Assembly (NCBI GenBank): GCA_041649735.1
Contig: JBAZMN010000001.1
Coordinates: 509 to 64,508, forward strand
DNA length: 64,000 nt
From: Opitutaceae bacterium
GTDB lineage: Bacteria > Verrucomicrobiota > Verrucomicrobiia > Opitutales > Opitutaceae
Reading direction: 5' to 3'
Shown here one piece after another: positions 18,394-28,143 of this stretch. Made by a program: the position numbers and the translations under genes. Below the pieces are notes generated by a model. The model saw only the letters and a list, made by a program, of their open reading frames with translations. It did no database searches and was not told the origin of the DNA. Numbering within the stretch: position 1 is the stretch's first letter; each line of letters begins with the position of its first letter.

Positions 18394-19754
18394 TACCGAC
18401 ACCCCGCATGGTTGCCGTACCACTGAGCTAGGTTTGACCAATGGGTCGCCAGAAACTTGGTGCCTGTCGGAATGCACTGGGGCGACGTGGAGGCCGGAAT
18501 CAGGTAATTGAGAATCGCGTGCTTTCTGCTTTCCTCCATTACCGGAAATACCAACTCTTCATTTTCTTCGTCCCAGCCTATTGTGTCGGTGTAAACCGTA
18601 GAAATCGGCGGCACGGCCCCGATGACGTACTGACACTCCGGCCCGCAATACTCGATAAGGTCGCCGCACATCGGGCCGCCAAGCACGCCGGGAAACCGCA
18701 ACTGCTGCGACATCCGGCTGGTGAGCCGGCAGAACTTTCGTTGCCCGGTACTTGGCGCCAGCCCTAGCGGGTCTTCGATACCGGCTTCACCACCCGCCAT
18801 GCCGCTGACCAGCACGCGGTCTTCGCAACTGGAAACGATTGGCTTGTTGCCCCACGGCCCGTAGACTAGATTGATAAGGTGGACCGTGTTGACGGCACCC
18901 AGCTCGGCATAGATGAACAGATTCAGGTCCAAGTCCACGGCATAAATGAAACTGTTCACAATCGTCGCCAGCGGCGTTGGGTCGGCAATGTCCGGCAACG
19001 CCACCTTGATATTCCCGTTCGCCAAAAGCTGGCCGTTAGCAACGCCCAACTCGTTATCATCAAACTCGAATATCGTCGAGGGGATGTGCCCGCCATCGTC
19101 CAGGATGATTTGCATTCCGTCCAGCGGCAATTCGTAGAAGGTAATGTCGCCGGTCGGCGGGGTGCCAGCGAATCGTGTTTCCTCTTCGGCAATAACGATG
19201 TCGCCACGCCAACACGGAGACATCGTTGACACGTCTACGATTATGACAGTAGTGCCTACTGTGACCTCTCCGTCGAACGAGTCCACCCAGCGGCCATCAA
19301 CCATCGCCACCGGATTCGCTCGACCCATCGGCAGGTACATGGGATTCCCGGCCTGCGCCTCCATATCGTCCAAGACCTTGAAAAACGACACGCTCGCGCT
19401 TCCGGTTGCCACCAGCCAGCGGCCAAACTTGTCGCGGTTGATTTGGAACCACGTATCCGGCTGGATGGCATTGGCGGAAATGTTGTACACGTCCCGGTCG
19501 GTTCCCGCCTGAATCAGCGTTGCCGCCCCGGTTTCGTCCGGCACGATCTTGTACACGTCGGCCTTGGCCCGGCTCGGCACGCCACCAGCAGCACCGTCCA
19601 GCGTTTGGCCGTCTTGCAGCTTGGCGACATAGATGTCCGGCGTAACGGTTTCCTGCTGAGGTGTCTCGGGCTGTTGGGGATTGAACTCGCCCGCCCGGTA
19701 CGACTTCACCAGCCGTTGCAATTCGTGTTGATCTTTCTCACTGAGGTAGAACAT
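18393..19754 (-). CDS. Tail-tip/baseplate-like protein, long paralog with an inserted fibre-type module
   Basis: Same conserved blocks as the short paralog. An extra ~120 aa (nt 18789-19151) matches the GDxIxxxDG..FEF / ..AV.. / GMAGG module of the giant protein. Confidence 0.65.
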   Translation of the reverse strand: MFYLSEKDQHELQRLVKSYRAGEFNPQQPETPQQETVTPDIYVAKLQDGQTLDGAAGGVPSRAKADVYKIVPDETGAATLIQAGTDRDVYNISANAIQPDTWFQINRDKFGRWLVATGSASVSFFKVLDDMEAQAGNPMYLPMGRANPVAMVDGRWVDSFDGEVTVGTTVIIVDVSTMSPCWRGDIVIAEEETRFAGTPPTGDITFYELPLDGMQIILDDGGHIPSTIFEFDDNELGVANGQLLANGNIKVALPDIADPTPLATIVNSFIYAVDLDLNLFIYAELGAVNTVHLINLVYGPWGNKPIVSSCEDRVLVSGMAGGEAGIEDPLGLAPSTGQRKFCRLTSRMSQQLRFPGVLGGPMCGDLIEYCGPECQYVIGAVPPISTVYTDTIGWDEENEELVFPVMEESRKHAILNYLIPASTSPQCIPTGTKFLATHWSNLAQWYGNHAGCR

Positions 19755-19756
19755 AG

Positions 19757-20212
19757 CTAGCGCGGCATGAGGCAGAGCGAAGCACGGATATTGCCGTGGA
19801 GACTGCGAATTGACAGGCGGCTTGCATTGCGTGGCACGGCCCGCATGGATTCGCCCGGCATGATAAGCCAACTGGCGTCGGAATCGTTTGCATCGAAGGC
19901 CACCTGGATAATCCGCTGGGCCAGCTCACTCGCCTCCGCTGGCGTTGGGATTTTGCCCGGCGTGTCGCCTTCTTTGTTGCGAATCAGCAGCAGGCCGGGG
20001 TTGTTGACCCAGCCGCAATCCAAGGCCATCCATTTTTCCGTGATAAGCAGTTCGCGGATGTAGGGCTGTTCGTCGCTGTTGAGTTTGCGACTGCAACGGG
20101 TGACAAACTCAACCGGCTCCCCTCCCTGCCGCTGATGGTAGACGTGTTCGACGATGGTAACGCGATTTCGAGACGCGGGGCTTTCCGCCGTGATAGTCTT
20201 TGCGCCCAGCAT
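19757..20212 (-). CDS. Hypothetical tail-associated protein
   Basis: ORF within the tail module. No motif recognised. Confidence 0.5.
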   Translation of the reverse strand: MLGAKTITAESPASRNRVTIVEHVYHQRQGGEPVEFVTRCSRKLNSDEQPYIRELLITEKWMALDCGWVNNPGLLLIRNKEGDTPGKIPTPAEASELAQRIIQVAFDANDSDASWLIMPGESMRAVPRNASRLSIRSLHGNIRASLCLMPR

Positions 20213-20250
20213 GATTTCGCTCCTCTGGTGCTACGTGCTGATGAAAACAA

Positions 20251-21291
20251 TCAAAGGGTGATCGGCACTCCCAACAATAGGAAGTTGCTTTCGTGGAATA
20301 ATTCTTCGACCCAGATAACCGGCTCTTCATCCTCGAACAGCGGCCGACCGTTGATGTCCAGATAAGTGCGGGCCAAGTTGCCGTCGCGGTCCACGTACCG
20401 CTTGAAGTGCAAGGGATTGGCCGGATTCGGATCGGGGCCGACGGTCGGATAAAACAATTCGTCGTACCATATCCACGGAGCGTTAGAACTGGCTTGCTCC
20501 CAATGCCCCGCCAGAACCATTTCCCCCTGGTTGACATACTGCCGGTCGAAGCCGATGTAGTTGCCGTCCTTGTCCCGCGTCTCGTTGTCAATCTCAAACT
20601 CGAATGTGCGGGTGTAGTAGTACGTGCATTTGCCGTACATCTTGCGTTCCCACGGAGCATTCACCAGCTTGATGAACCGCTTGGGAAGGCCCCAAAGCGT
20701 ATCGTCGTTGACCGTGTTAATCATGGTCGAGAACGTGGACAGGCCGAGGGTCAACACGTTCTGCTGGATAGACACGGTTGGCAGGCCGACATCGACTTCC
20801 GTGCCTTCGGGTACTTCCCAACTGCTGGTGCGAATCATTTCGCCTTGCCGGTTGTGCGTCAGCTTCTTCGAGCGGGTAGTAAACCCGCCGCTGATCTTCG
20901 GCGGCTCCAAGCACGGGTCGCCAATCTCTAGGTCTTGGCATCGCTGGTTGAACTTCGCCGCGTTGGTGCTGTACTTGCACTCGACGGTGTAGAACCGCGA
21001 CGCTTCGCCTTCCTTCGCTTCGTGCGGGCGGATTTTCAACTCGGGCAAGCAAAACGCCCATTCGTCGATTTCACCGGAGCCGTCGGACGTACCGGAAACA
21101 GCCCCCGAAAAACCAGCGTTGCCGAAGTCCCACTCGGATCCGACTTCCGGCAGCCCCGGCGTGTGCATGATGTTATACGGGCCGTCCATCGGCTCCGCTT
21201 CCACCAGGAACGAGAGCGTATATTCCCGGTGGCCCTCGGCCGTTCTGCCGCCGCCGAATGATCGTGGCCCGCCACGTAGTTTGCATGTCAT
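20251..21291 (-). CDS. Distal-tail-protein-position gene (hypothetical)
   Basis: First gene after the tape measure. ATG at 21291 lies 1 nt from the tape-measure stop. Confidence 0.5.
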   Translation of the reverse strand: MTCKLRGGPRSFGGGRTAEGHREYTLSFLVEAEPMDGPYNIMHTPGLPEVGSEWDFGNAGFSGAVSGTSDGSGEIDEWAFCLPELKIRPHEAKEGEASRFYTVECKYSTNAAKFNQRCQDLEIGDPCLEPPKISGGFTTRSKKLTHNRQGEMIRTSSWEVPEGTEVDVGLPTVSIQQNVLTLGLSTFSTMINTVNDDTLWGLPKRFIKLVNAPWERKMYGKCTYYYTRTFEFEIDNETRDKDGNYIGFDRQYVNQGEMVLAGHWEQASSNAPWIWYDELFYPTVGPDPNPANPLHFKRYVDRDGNLARTYLDINGRPLFEDEEPVIWVEELFHESNFLLLGVPITL

Positions 21292-21292
21292 G

Positions 21293-23170
21293 TTACGACA
21301 ACTCCGATGGCTCGATAGTGACGGCCGATCCTGTCCAATAATCCTGAGCGATGCCAAGCAGCTTGGTGAGCGCCACCGTCTGCTGCTTCACTTCGTTCTT
21401 CATTTCGTCCTTTTCGCTCGAATCTTCCTGCAGATACTTTGCGCCTTGGATGGGATCGTACTCAAGCTCTGGGTGTGCATTGCGTTCCTGGTTGGCGTGC
21501 GTCATTTGCCAATACTGGTCAGCAGACGATGTATGCCCGGAAATCTCAAACGCCGGTTCCGCCGTAGTCGGCATGGACCGTGGAAGGTTTGCATTCGCTA
21601 CACTTCTCTGGTGCTGCCAGAAGGAAGTGAGAATTGAACCTACATCATCGCCGCGAACGCGGATATTGTTTACGGCGTTTTTGGCCTCTTTCGTTTCTTC
21701 CAGTGATTCATTCAGCGCCTGCACGGCCCGGTCGTATGTTTCCGAACTTATGGCATCGAACACCAATAGCGTGCCCAACCGCTCCATTTCGTCGTTGTAT
21801 TTTTCCAACTCCGTGCGGGTGTCGGCGTAAACGCTCGCCCCCTGGCTCTCTAGGTCGCTCATCAACGATTCGGATTCCCTCTGCGATTCGGCAAGTGCCT
21901 CCTGTTCCGCCCTGGCCGCCGCCGTTGCCGCTGCAATGTCCCCTAATGCTCCGGCATCTTTGTGTGGCAGCGGTCTGGTTCGTTTTATGCGGGCCTCTTC
22001 GTCTGCCGCCCAATTGTCCAACTCTGCCTGTGCCTTCGCTCGTTGGCGGGCCGCCTCTTCTCCCGTCAGACCAATGAGACTCAATTCATTTTCGCGTGCC
22101 TTCAATTCTCTCTGATTGGCAAGCTCCGTCAGACCAACTAATTCAAGGCGGCGGGCTTCTGCTTCTGCTGCCTGCTCGGAAAAATCCGCCTGTCGCCTCA
22201 GTTGATCGGCAATAGACGCCTGCTGAGCGGTTGTAACCGCCAAGTCCCCCGCGTCTTTTCTGGCCTGTTCCGCCTTGGCGAGATTTTTCTCTGCATCCTC
22301 TAGCTCTTTATATAGCCCGGTTGACCTGGTACCTGTAGGATCTTTGGAACCAAGTTGTTCGCGGCGAAAATCGGTGTCCCACGGATTTCCTCTTGCGATA
22401 TTCGCCTTGATTGCTTCGACTTTTTGCTGTTGCGCATAGGCCGCATCAGCCGCCTTGTCGAATTCCGCTTGGGCGGCTTTCGCGTATGCGTCGGCATCAC
22501 TCGCCTCAACTGTGCGGTTTGGCTTTCCGCCTTTTCCCAGACTGGTAACATGGCCGGCAGCGCCTGCCAGTCGCGTCTGCCTTTCGATTTCCTCGTTGAC
22601 TTTTGCTAGTTCGTCCTTGAGTTGCTCTTGTGCCGCCTTGATCGTGTTTGTGTGATCTTCCCATAGGGCAAAACCAGCGGCGATAGCCGGTAAGGCAACA
22701 AACGCCAGCGGCGTGTAGGCGCTGGAAACGACACTTATTAGCGAGCGCTCAAGTCCGTGATAGGCGTGTTCTGCCGCTGACACGTACCGAACCGCTTCCC
22801 CCATAGACACAAGCGACTCGCCCATTCCCGCGTTGACCTGCCCAACTGCAACCCCCAGCATTTGTAGGCCGTGCCCGACAGCACGGTGGGCACGCGAAAG
22901 ATTTTGTCCGCTCGCCGCCAATGCGTTTTCGTGAGCGTTTAGGTCTTCCAATGCGGGCGCAGCCGTGTCACTGCTAATTGCGGCCGCATCGGCCATCGAT
23001 TCTTTCACGGAATCGAGGGGGTGGTTGTTGTTCAATCGACTTAACTCAGATTCGATGGCGTTTACCGACTGTTGCGCTTGGGTTTTCGCGTCGTTCATCA
23101 TGGCCAGATACGACTCACCTTCGCCGATAAGCCGCACCACCAGCCGTTCCAGTTCCACTTCATTGGCCAT
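21293..23170 (-). CDS. Tape measure protein
   Basis: 625 aa, Ala/Glu/Gln-rich coiled-coil character. Immediately follows the chaperone pair. Confidence 0.75.
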   Translation of the reverse strand: MANEVELERLVVRLIGEGESYLAMMNDAKTQAQQSVNAIESELSRLNNNHPLDSVKESMADAAAISSDTAAPALEDLNAHENALAASGQNLSRAHRAVGHGLQMLGVAVGQVNAGMGESLVSMGEAVRYVSAAEHAYHGLERSLISVVSSAYTPLAFVALPAIAAGFALWEDHTNTIKAAQEQLKDELAKVNEEIERQTRLAGAAGHVTSLGKGGKPNRTVEASDADAYAKAAQAEFDKAADAAYAQQQKVEAIKANIARGNPWDTDFRREQLGSKDPTGTRSTGLYKELEDAEKNLAKAEQARKDAGDLAVTTAQQASIADQLRRQADFSEQAAEAEARRLELVGLTELANQRELKARENELSLIGLTGEEAARQRAKAQAELDNWAADEEARIKRTRPLPHKDAGALGDIAAATAAARAEQEALAESQRESESLMSDLESQGASVYADTRTELEKYNDEMERLGTLLVFDAISSETYDRAVQALNESLEETKEAKNAVNNIRVRGDDVGSILTSFWQHQRSVANANLPRSMPTTAEPAFEISGHTSSADQYWQMTHANQERNAHPELEYDPIQGAKYLQEDSSEKDEMKNEVKQQTVALTKLLGIAQDYWTGSAVTIEPSELS

Positions 23171-23474
23171 CGTTGGACCTCTTGATTTTCAGAAAGCCAA
23201 ACCACTTCGACTTAGCGCGTGCCGCTACCTGTGCGGCGTCCCGTTTGGCCTTCGGTTGCGGCGACTCAAACTTCAGTCGCATGTCTTTTACTTCCAACTT
23301 GCTGGGGTTTTTCAGATTTCCTCGACGCACTTCGGCGGCAATTTGCATCAGGTAGTTGTCGGTTCTGTCCGGCTGGTTCCACTGCTTATCCAGCCACGCC
23401 ATCCAAGCTCGATACTGACGGTAGGTGTGTTTCCTCTGGCACTCGTCCAGCGGCATCCGCAAATGTGACGCCAA
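23160..23474 (-). CDS. T-like extension of the tail assembly chaperone, reached by -1 frameshift
   Basis: The -1 frame from the slippery site reads ..EKN-LLARYDGWFRLASHLRMPLDE.. with no stop, running directly into this ORF. The track start is TTG. Confidence 0.7.
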   Translation of the reverse strand: MASHLRMPLDECQRKHTYRQYRAWMAWLDKQWNQPDRTDNYLMQIAAEVRRGNLKNPSKLEVKDMRLKFESPQPKAKRDAAQVAARAKSKWFGFLKIKRSNDGQ

Positions 23475-23497
23475 GCGAAACCAGCCGTCGTATCGAG

Positions 23498-23923
23498 CTA
23501 GGAGTTTTTTTCGGTTTCCTCCGCCTTGTCCAGTTCCGCCAGTTGCCTATCGATGTTGGTACGCATGGCCAGCAGTTCGTCCCGCGAATTGCCGCCATCA
23601 AGTCCGCTGATGGACTTAGCCTTGGCGTACAGCGGCTTCAGCACGCGGTACGACATCTTGCGGACATCCTCTTCCGCGACAGGCTCGCCGGTCTGTGTGA
23701 ACAGGCACCCGGCCACCAGCAACGGCTCCAGGTCCGCAATGCCGTCCATGCTGAGCGGCTTTCCGTCCGGCCCCAACTTCGTGCATCGCATCAACGCATT
23801 GCGATAGGCACACGCCGTCGCTCCGTCGGCCTCTCGCAAGACATACTTTTTGTCGCCGATGGAAACGGGCAACTCGACGATGGTCAAGTCGCTGAAGTCC
23901 AATTCGTTTTCTTTTGCTGGCAC
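23498..23923 (-). CDS. Tail assembly chaperone (G-like)
   Basis: Lies between the tail tube and the tape measure. GTG start with a GGAG SD. Ends just after the slippery site. Confidence 0.75.
   Translation of the reverse strand: MPAKENELDFSDLTIVELPVSIGDKKYVLREADGATACAYRNALMRCTKLGPDGKPLSMDGIADLEPLLVAGCLFTQTGEPVAEEDVRKMSYRVLKPLYAKAKSISGLDGGNSRDELLAMRTNIDRQLAELDKAEETEKNS
23504..23510 (-). other. -1 programmed ribosomal frameshift heptamer A_AAA_AAC
   Basis: Coding strand reads ACC GAA AAA AAC TCC TAG. The canonical X_XXY_YYZ motif lies 3 nt before the chaperone stop codon. Confidence 0.75.
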
Positions 23924-24024
23924 GATTCGCTCCGAGTGTTGAGGTGGTTAAAGATAGCCGACCGAGCTGGGGGCGTCCCGCTGGTTAGCAAGGCGGCCCC
24001 CAACATCGGCCAACAATGTGAACG

Positions 24025-24516
24025 TCACGCAACGGCGGTTCCCGTGCCCACCGGAGCGTGGTACACCGGCGGCTCTTCGTCGCCTGTTATCGGGTCGGCG
24101 TTGGTCACAGTGATCGTGACCTTGGCCTCTGGCATCTTGCCCTCTTCCGTCGAATCCGGCTCAAACTTTTGCAGGAAGCCATAGAACACGATGTACGAAT
24201 CGTCCGGGAATCGCAGCGTGATCGACGTTTCGACGTTGACCAATGCCAAGATGCTGTCGTACACGGCCGGGTCGTAGCCGCAAGACATCTGCGAATCGGT
24301 CATTTCCAGCAGTCGGCGAGCCGCCTTCGATCGCCACGTGGCGTTAATCATCGTGGTGGTGTCGATCGGAGAGCCGCCGTCGATCCCCGGCGGCTGGACG
24401 GTCTTTTCCCACAGTTCGATGGACGGATCGGCGGCGAACGCCACCAGCGTCTGGTATCCATCCTCCAGCATGGTGCCGGACGGAAACTGTCTGGCAGTTG
24501 CGGTTGGTGCTGACAT
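24025..24516 (-). CDS. Major tail tube protein (candidate)
   Basis: Position upstream of the chaperones, 163 aa, GGAG SD. Confidence 0.6.
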   Translation of the reverse strand: MSAPTATARQFPSGTMLEDGYQTLVAFAADPSIELWEKTVQPPGIDGGSPIDTTTMINATWRSKAARRLLEMTDSQMSCGYDPAVYDSILALVNVETSITLRFPDDSYIVFYGFLQKFEPDSTEEGKMPEAKVTITVTNADPITGDEEPPVYHAPVGTGTAVA

Positions 24517-24537
24517 GATTCGATATCTCCTACTTGG

Positions 24538-24984
24538 TTACTGTGTTTGCCGCAGTGACACCACGGCGTTGATGGTGAACAATCGTCGGCCCGTGTTCGG
24601 CTCCTCTCCGATGTCGAACACGTCGCCGATGTGAGCGAAGCAATGCACGCTGTACTGGCTGCTTTCAATGGTCACTGTCGCACGCCGGATGTCCTTGGCC
24701 AGCGTCGCGCGGATAGCATCGGCCTTGCGGTATCCGGTCTTGGGGTCGCTGTCCCGCACGGAAATCTGGATACCGTAATGGCCCAGCATTTCGCCGCTCT
24801 GCATGTCGCGGCCGTCGCCGGTCCCCGCAGTGTTGTAAACGACAATCAGCTTGTCTGGTTGGTCTGGCGACAGCGTTGCGAAAATCGGCCAGTCGCCACC
24901 GACCGACGGAAGAACGCCGAGATTCACGGCAATCAACAGATTCCGCGTAACATCCGCCGGTGAGTGGGTTAGTCCGTTGCTCAT
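24538..24984 (-). CDS. Tail terminator / tail completion protein (candidate)
   Basis: Lies between the gp10-like gene and the tube gene. ATGA-coupled. Confidence 0.5.
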   Translation of the reverse strand: MSNGLTHSPADVTRNLLIAVNLGVLPSVGGDWPIFATLSPDQPDKLIVVYNTAGTGDGRDMQSGEMLGHYGIQISVRDSDPKTGYRKADAIRATLAKDIRRATVTIESSQYSVHCFAHIGDVFDIGEEPNTGRRLFTINAVVSLRQTQ

Positions 24985-25346
24985 TCTTTTCGCGTAAAGG
25001 CGCTGCCGCGTAGGTTCCCCGTGTCAACTGGCACGATTGCTTGGCTGGCCCGCTGAATGCGAAGGCCGGCAAGGTAAAGTGCCTGCTGCATGGTACTGCC
25101 GTTTGCCACGGCCTCGGTTACGATGGCGGGCAGTTCATTGGTGGCCAATTCGCGGGCCGGTTGCTCCAGGTATTTCCACTGCTTTCCCGGTTTGTGTGCG
25201 GCGTTTCGTTCGTGGACGTGCAAGGCGTAAGCCGCCGTGTAGCCGACGATCACGCTCGTGCCCTTGACGGCATTGGGAGAGTCGAAATACCGACTCGCCG
25301 CCTGCTGCAAGGCACGCTTCAGTCGTTCTACGCCTTCGACTTTCAT
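24981..25346 (-). CDS. HK97 gp10-family head-tail joining protein
   Basis: MKVEGVERLKRALQQA...VKGTSVIVGYTAAYALHVHE pattern. ATG at 25346 avoids overlap with the spike gene. Confidence 0.65.
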   Translation of the reverse strand: MKVEGVERLKRALQQAASRYFDSPNAVKGTSVIVGYTAAYALHVHERNAAHKPGKQWKYLEQPARELATNELPAIVTEAVANGSTMQQALYLAGLRIQRASQAIVPVDTGNLRGSAFTRKE

Positions 25347-25354
25347 GCTGTCTG

Positions 25355-27835
25355 TTATCCGAATACGTTGGCCATCGCGTGCGGACTGGTAGCCGTGCTT
25401 GGTATGCTGTAGTTTTTCCATGTCCCGGTTGTGCCGCGTCGAACTCGATAGGAACAGCCGGTAGGCAGATTTGCAAACGTGACCAGTCCGGCAGCGTCAC
25501 TTACTTCGCTGCGGGTTGCGGCGTCGTAGCAGGCGCCAGTCCCCGCCACGTTGATGATTTGGAGTTGCACGGTCACGCCGCTTTCGACAACACCTTGCGT
25601 GCTGTAGCAGTACAGATAGCCGGTAACGAAGCCAGCCTCGCTGTCGGGAAGGGTGACGGCCGATACCGCGTAGGTATGCGACGTATCGGCAGATACGGCC
25701 AGCGTGGTTGGCGTGAAGCTGCAACCCGAAGCAGTGATTGACACGGCCCACGTACCATCATCGACGGAGAAGGTAACAACGCCGGATGCGTTGGTGGCCC
25801 CCACGTAGGATTCCGCGCCTTTGGTCAGGCGTACCGTGGCGTTTTCGACAGGATTCGTGCCATCGGTTACGGTGATCGTGACGGTACGCGCCCCAGTGCC
25901 GAGCAATGCGGTTCCAATCGCGTTCGCCAGCGTGGTCCGCTCTCCACTGGTCAGCGCCATTGCGTCGCCAGCCCTGGCTGGTGCGTAGTTCGGCTGTGTT
26001 GCGGCCAGCGTCACGTCGCCTGTCTGGCCACCGTATCCGTCTGGTGCGACGGTCGGCAGCGTCACGGCCACGGATCGCTGTTGGTAGTCGGTGGGTATTG
26101 TCGCCCCGTCCAGTCCAGCCACGTCAGCGGCGATGGTGTCGAGGGTGGTCTTGTCGGCCACCGTTCCCGGCACTCGACTTAGCAGCGTGGAGATGTTCGT
26201 TCCGAGCGATGCGACGGCCGACGCTACTTCATCCTCGGTCAGCACGGCCGTCCCCGCGATTCCGTTGGCAGCACCGAAGAACGCCGACGCCGCCACCAAT
26301 GCCGCATCCCCAGTGTCCCAATGTGCTTCGTCCTCCGGCCCAGCGTTCGGCAACCGAAGGTCGCCAACAATGTCATCAACCGTTTTGCCGTATCGCAGGT
26401 CAGTGGTCACAAGATCGTCCGTTCCTGTCGCCGTCCCAATGTTTGACGCGCGGAGCGTGCCGGTCTCGCCGTCGCCACGATCAACGCCGTATCTAACGTC
26501 GCCAACAGCCGCTAGCGGATAGGCGTTGGCCTCGTTTGTTGTCCACCCGCCAGCTACAGACGTACTATTGGCCAGCCAGGCAGCAATCAGGTTGGCGCGC
26601 GTTTCCGGCGAAACCGTTGTCCCGAGGATATACCCGCTGCCACTTCCTGCCAGGCTATACTCGTTCTCGTCGAACACTAAATGGCCGGTGCTGTCGGCGG
26701 TTTCGGCCGAAATTGCAAGGGCGGTCCCGGTGGTGACAAAACGATTTGACGTTACCGAGACGTTTTTGCAGAGCTTGTTGGAGTCGGCATCGTTGGCGTA
26801 GACGCGAATCCCCTTTGCCCCCGCTCCGCTCACGTACACGCGGTTTCTGAAATAGCTGGCCTCCGTCACGCCCTTGACGATCAGGCCGGTGGAGGTCGTG
26901 GATTCCGCGTAAATGTCGTTGTCATAGACCTGATAGCCTGTGCCCCACTTGCAAACAATCGCCATCCCGCCACTGCCGGCCGCTCCCGTGTGGACCACAT
27001 TTCTCCTGCACACAACGCCATCGCCATCGAGCATCAATACGTGCATTGACCCAGTGCTGCTTATCGTGATGTCCTCCACGATGACATTCGTGTTGCGAGC
27101 GGATTTTGTATCGCCGCTATTGCCAACGGACACGGACATATCCGTCCCGCTCCACGTTCCGCCCGATACCCGCACCACATTTGCCGGTCCCCTGAACCAC
27201 ACACCCTTGCCAACGAATGTACCGTTGCAATCCACCACGCGCACGTTGCTCATGGTGCCAGTCGATCCAGAGCCAAGCATAACGGCATAGTCAATGCTAT
27301 TAGGAGTCAGGAACGTGCATCGCGTGAACAACAGCGATGTGACAACCGCCGTTGATGCGTGTTGAACCAGTCGCCCGGTGCCATTCGCGTTCGTCAGCGT
27401 ACAATCGCGCATCTCAAACCCGGTGAGTGCCTGTTCGGCGAAATAGAAGCACGTAGATATGCTGGTTGGCGCAAACGTGCAATTTTCAAATCTCCAGTTC
27501 GATCCGGCAGCCGAATAGTGTCGGATTAGCGAGCCGCCGGTCCCCGCGCCAGTGATCGTAAATCCGCTCTGGTAATCGCCCGGGTTGGTGACGGGTTGGA
27601 TTACCACGGTGCCTGCTGCATTCAGGCGATTGAGATTCAGGTACGCTGCTGGAGTGAGCGTTTTGCCATTCGTAACTTTGATGTAGCATGATACTCCGCT
27701 GCCGTCTGCGACTGCCGTGTTGTCGCATGTGGTCATAGCCTTGCCGAGCGATGCCCACGGGGTCGCGGGTGACTGCGCCTGCGCTTCGCTGTTGGAATCG
27801 CTTCCGGTGTCTGGATCAACGTAATAGGTTTTCAT
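25355..27835 (-). CDS. Right-handed beta-helix (pectate-lyase-fold) spike / depolymerase-like protein with C-terminal CarboxypepD_reg-like domains
   Basis: N-terminus MKTYYVDPDTGSDSN...PWASLGKA is typical of beta-helix proteins. The C-terminal region includes VTITVTDGTNPVENATVRL..NASGVVTFSV. Confidence 0.7.
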   Translation of the reverse strand: MKTYYVDPDTGSDSNSEAQAQSPATPWASLGKAMTTCDNTAVADGSGVSCYIKVTNGKTLTPAAYLNLNRLNAAGTVVIQPVTNPGDYQSGFTITGAGTGGSLIRHYSAAGSNWRFENCTFAPTSISTCFYFAEQALTGFEMRDCTLTNANGTGRLVQHASTAVVTSLLFTRCTFLTPNSIDYAVMLGSGSTGTMSNVRVVDCNGTFVGKGVWFRGPANVVRVSGGTWSGTDMSVSVGNSGDTKSARNTNVIVEDITISSTGSMHVLMLDGDGVVCRRNVVHTGAAGSGGMAIVCKWGTGYQVYDNDIYAESTTSTGLIVKGVTEASYFRNRVYVSGAGAKGIRVYANDADSNKLCKNVSVTSNRFVTTGTALAISAETADSTGHLVFDENEYSLAGSGSGYILGTTVSPETRANLIAAWLANSTSVAGGWTTNEANAYPLAAVGDVRYGVDRGDGETGTLRASNIGTATGTDDLVTTDLRYGKTVDDIVGDLRLPNAGPEDEAHWDTGDAALVAASAFFGAANGIAGTAVLTEDEVASAVASLGTNISTLLSRVPGTVADKTTLDTIAADVAGLDGATIPTDYQQRSVAVTLPTVAPDGYGGQTGDVTLAATQPNYAPARAGDAMALTSGERTTLANAIGTALLGTGARTVTITVTDGTNPVENATVRLTKGAESYVGATNASGVVTFSVDDGTWAVSITASGCSFTPTTLAVSADTSHTYAVSAVTLPDSEAGFVTGYLYCYSTQGVVESGVTVQLQIINVAGTGACYDAATRSEVSDAAGLVTFANLPTGCSYRVRRGTTGTWKNYSIPSTATSPHAMANVFG

Positions 27836-28128
27836 CCTTTCGCCTCCTCTCGCCGCTCGGCCTGCCGCATTTCTAGCTCATGCCTAGCGGCCAATTCGTC
27901 CCACCGTAGCATCGATTCCTCTCGGGCCGCGTTATTCGTGGCTTCCTCTCGCCGCTCGGCCCGCCGCGTGGCCGCCGCCTCAAGTTCCGCTATCGCGGAA
28001 TCAATGAACAATCGGAATCGGCCCTGGTTCACTTCGCTACACTCTTTCGCATAGGATTTCGATTCGAGCAACTTCGCCCTCGCCTGGTACTCGTATTCGT
28101 CCATTCCGCTGCGTGCAAGTGGTGCCAT
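27832..28128 (-). CDS. Coiled-coil hypothetical protein
   Basis: Arg/Glu-rich. Contains an internal ~24-bp direct DNA repeat encoding RRAERREEA and RQAERREEA. Confidence 0.55.
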   Translation of the reverse strand: MAPLARSGMDEYEYQARAKLLESKSYAKECSEVNQGRFRLFIDSAIAELEAAATRRAERREEATNNAAREESMLRWDELAARHELEMRQAERREEAKG

Positions 28129-28143
28129 AACATCGACTCCTAC

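Noticed and set aside
11849-19754. Diversity-generating retroelement targeting the fibre genes
   Set aside because: No reverse transcriptase is present, and there is no template/variable DNA repeat pair in the window. The module similarity is at the degenerate protein level only.
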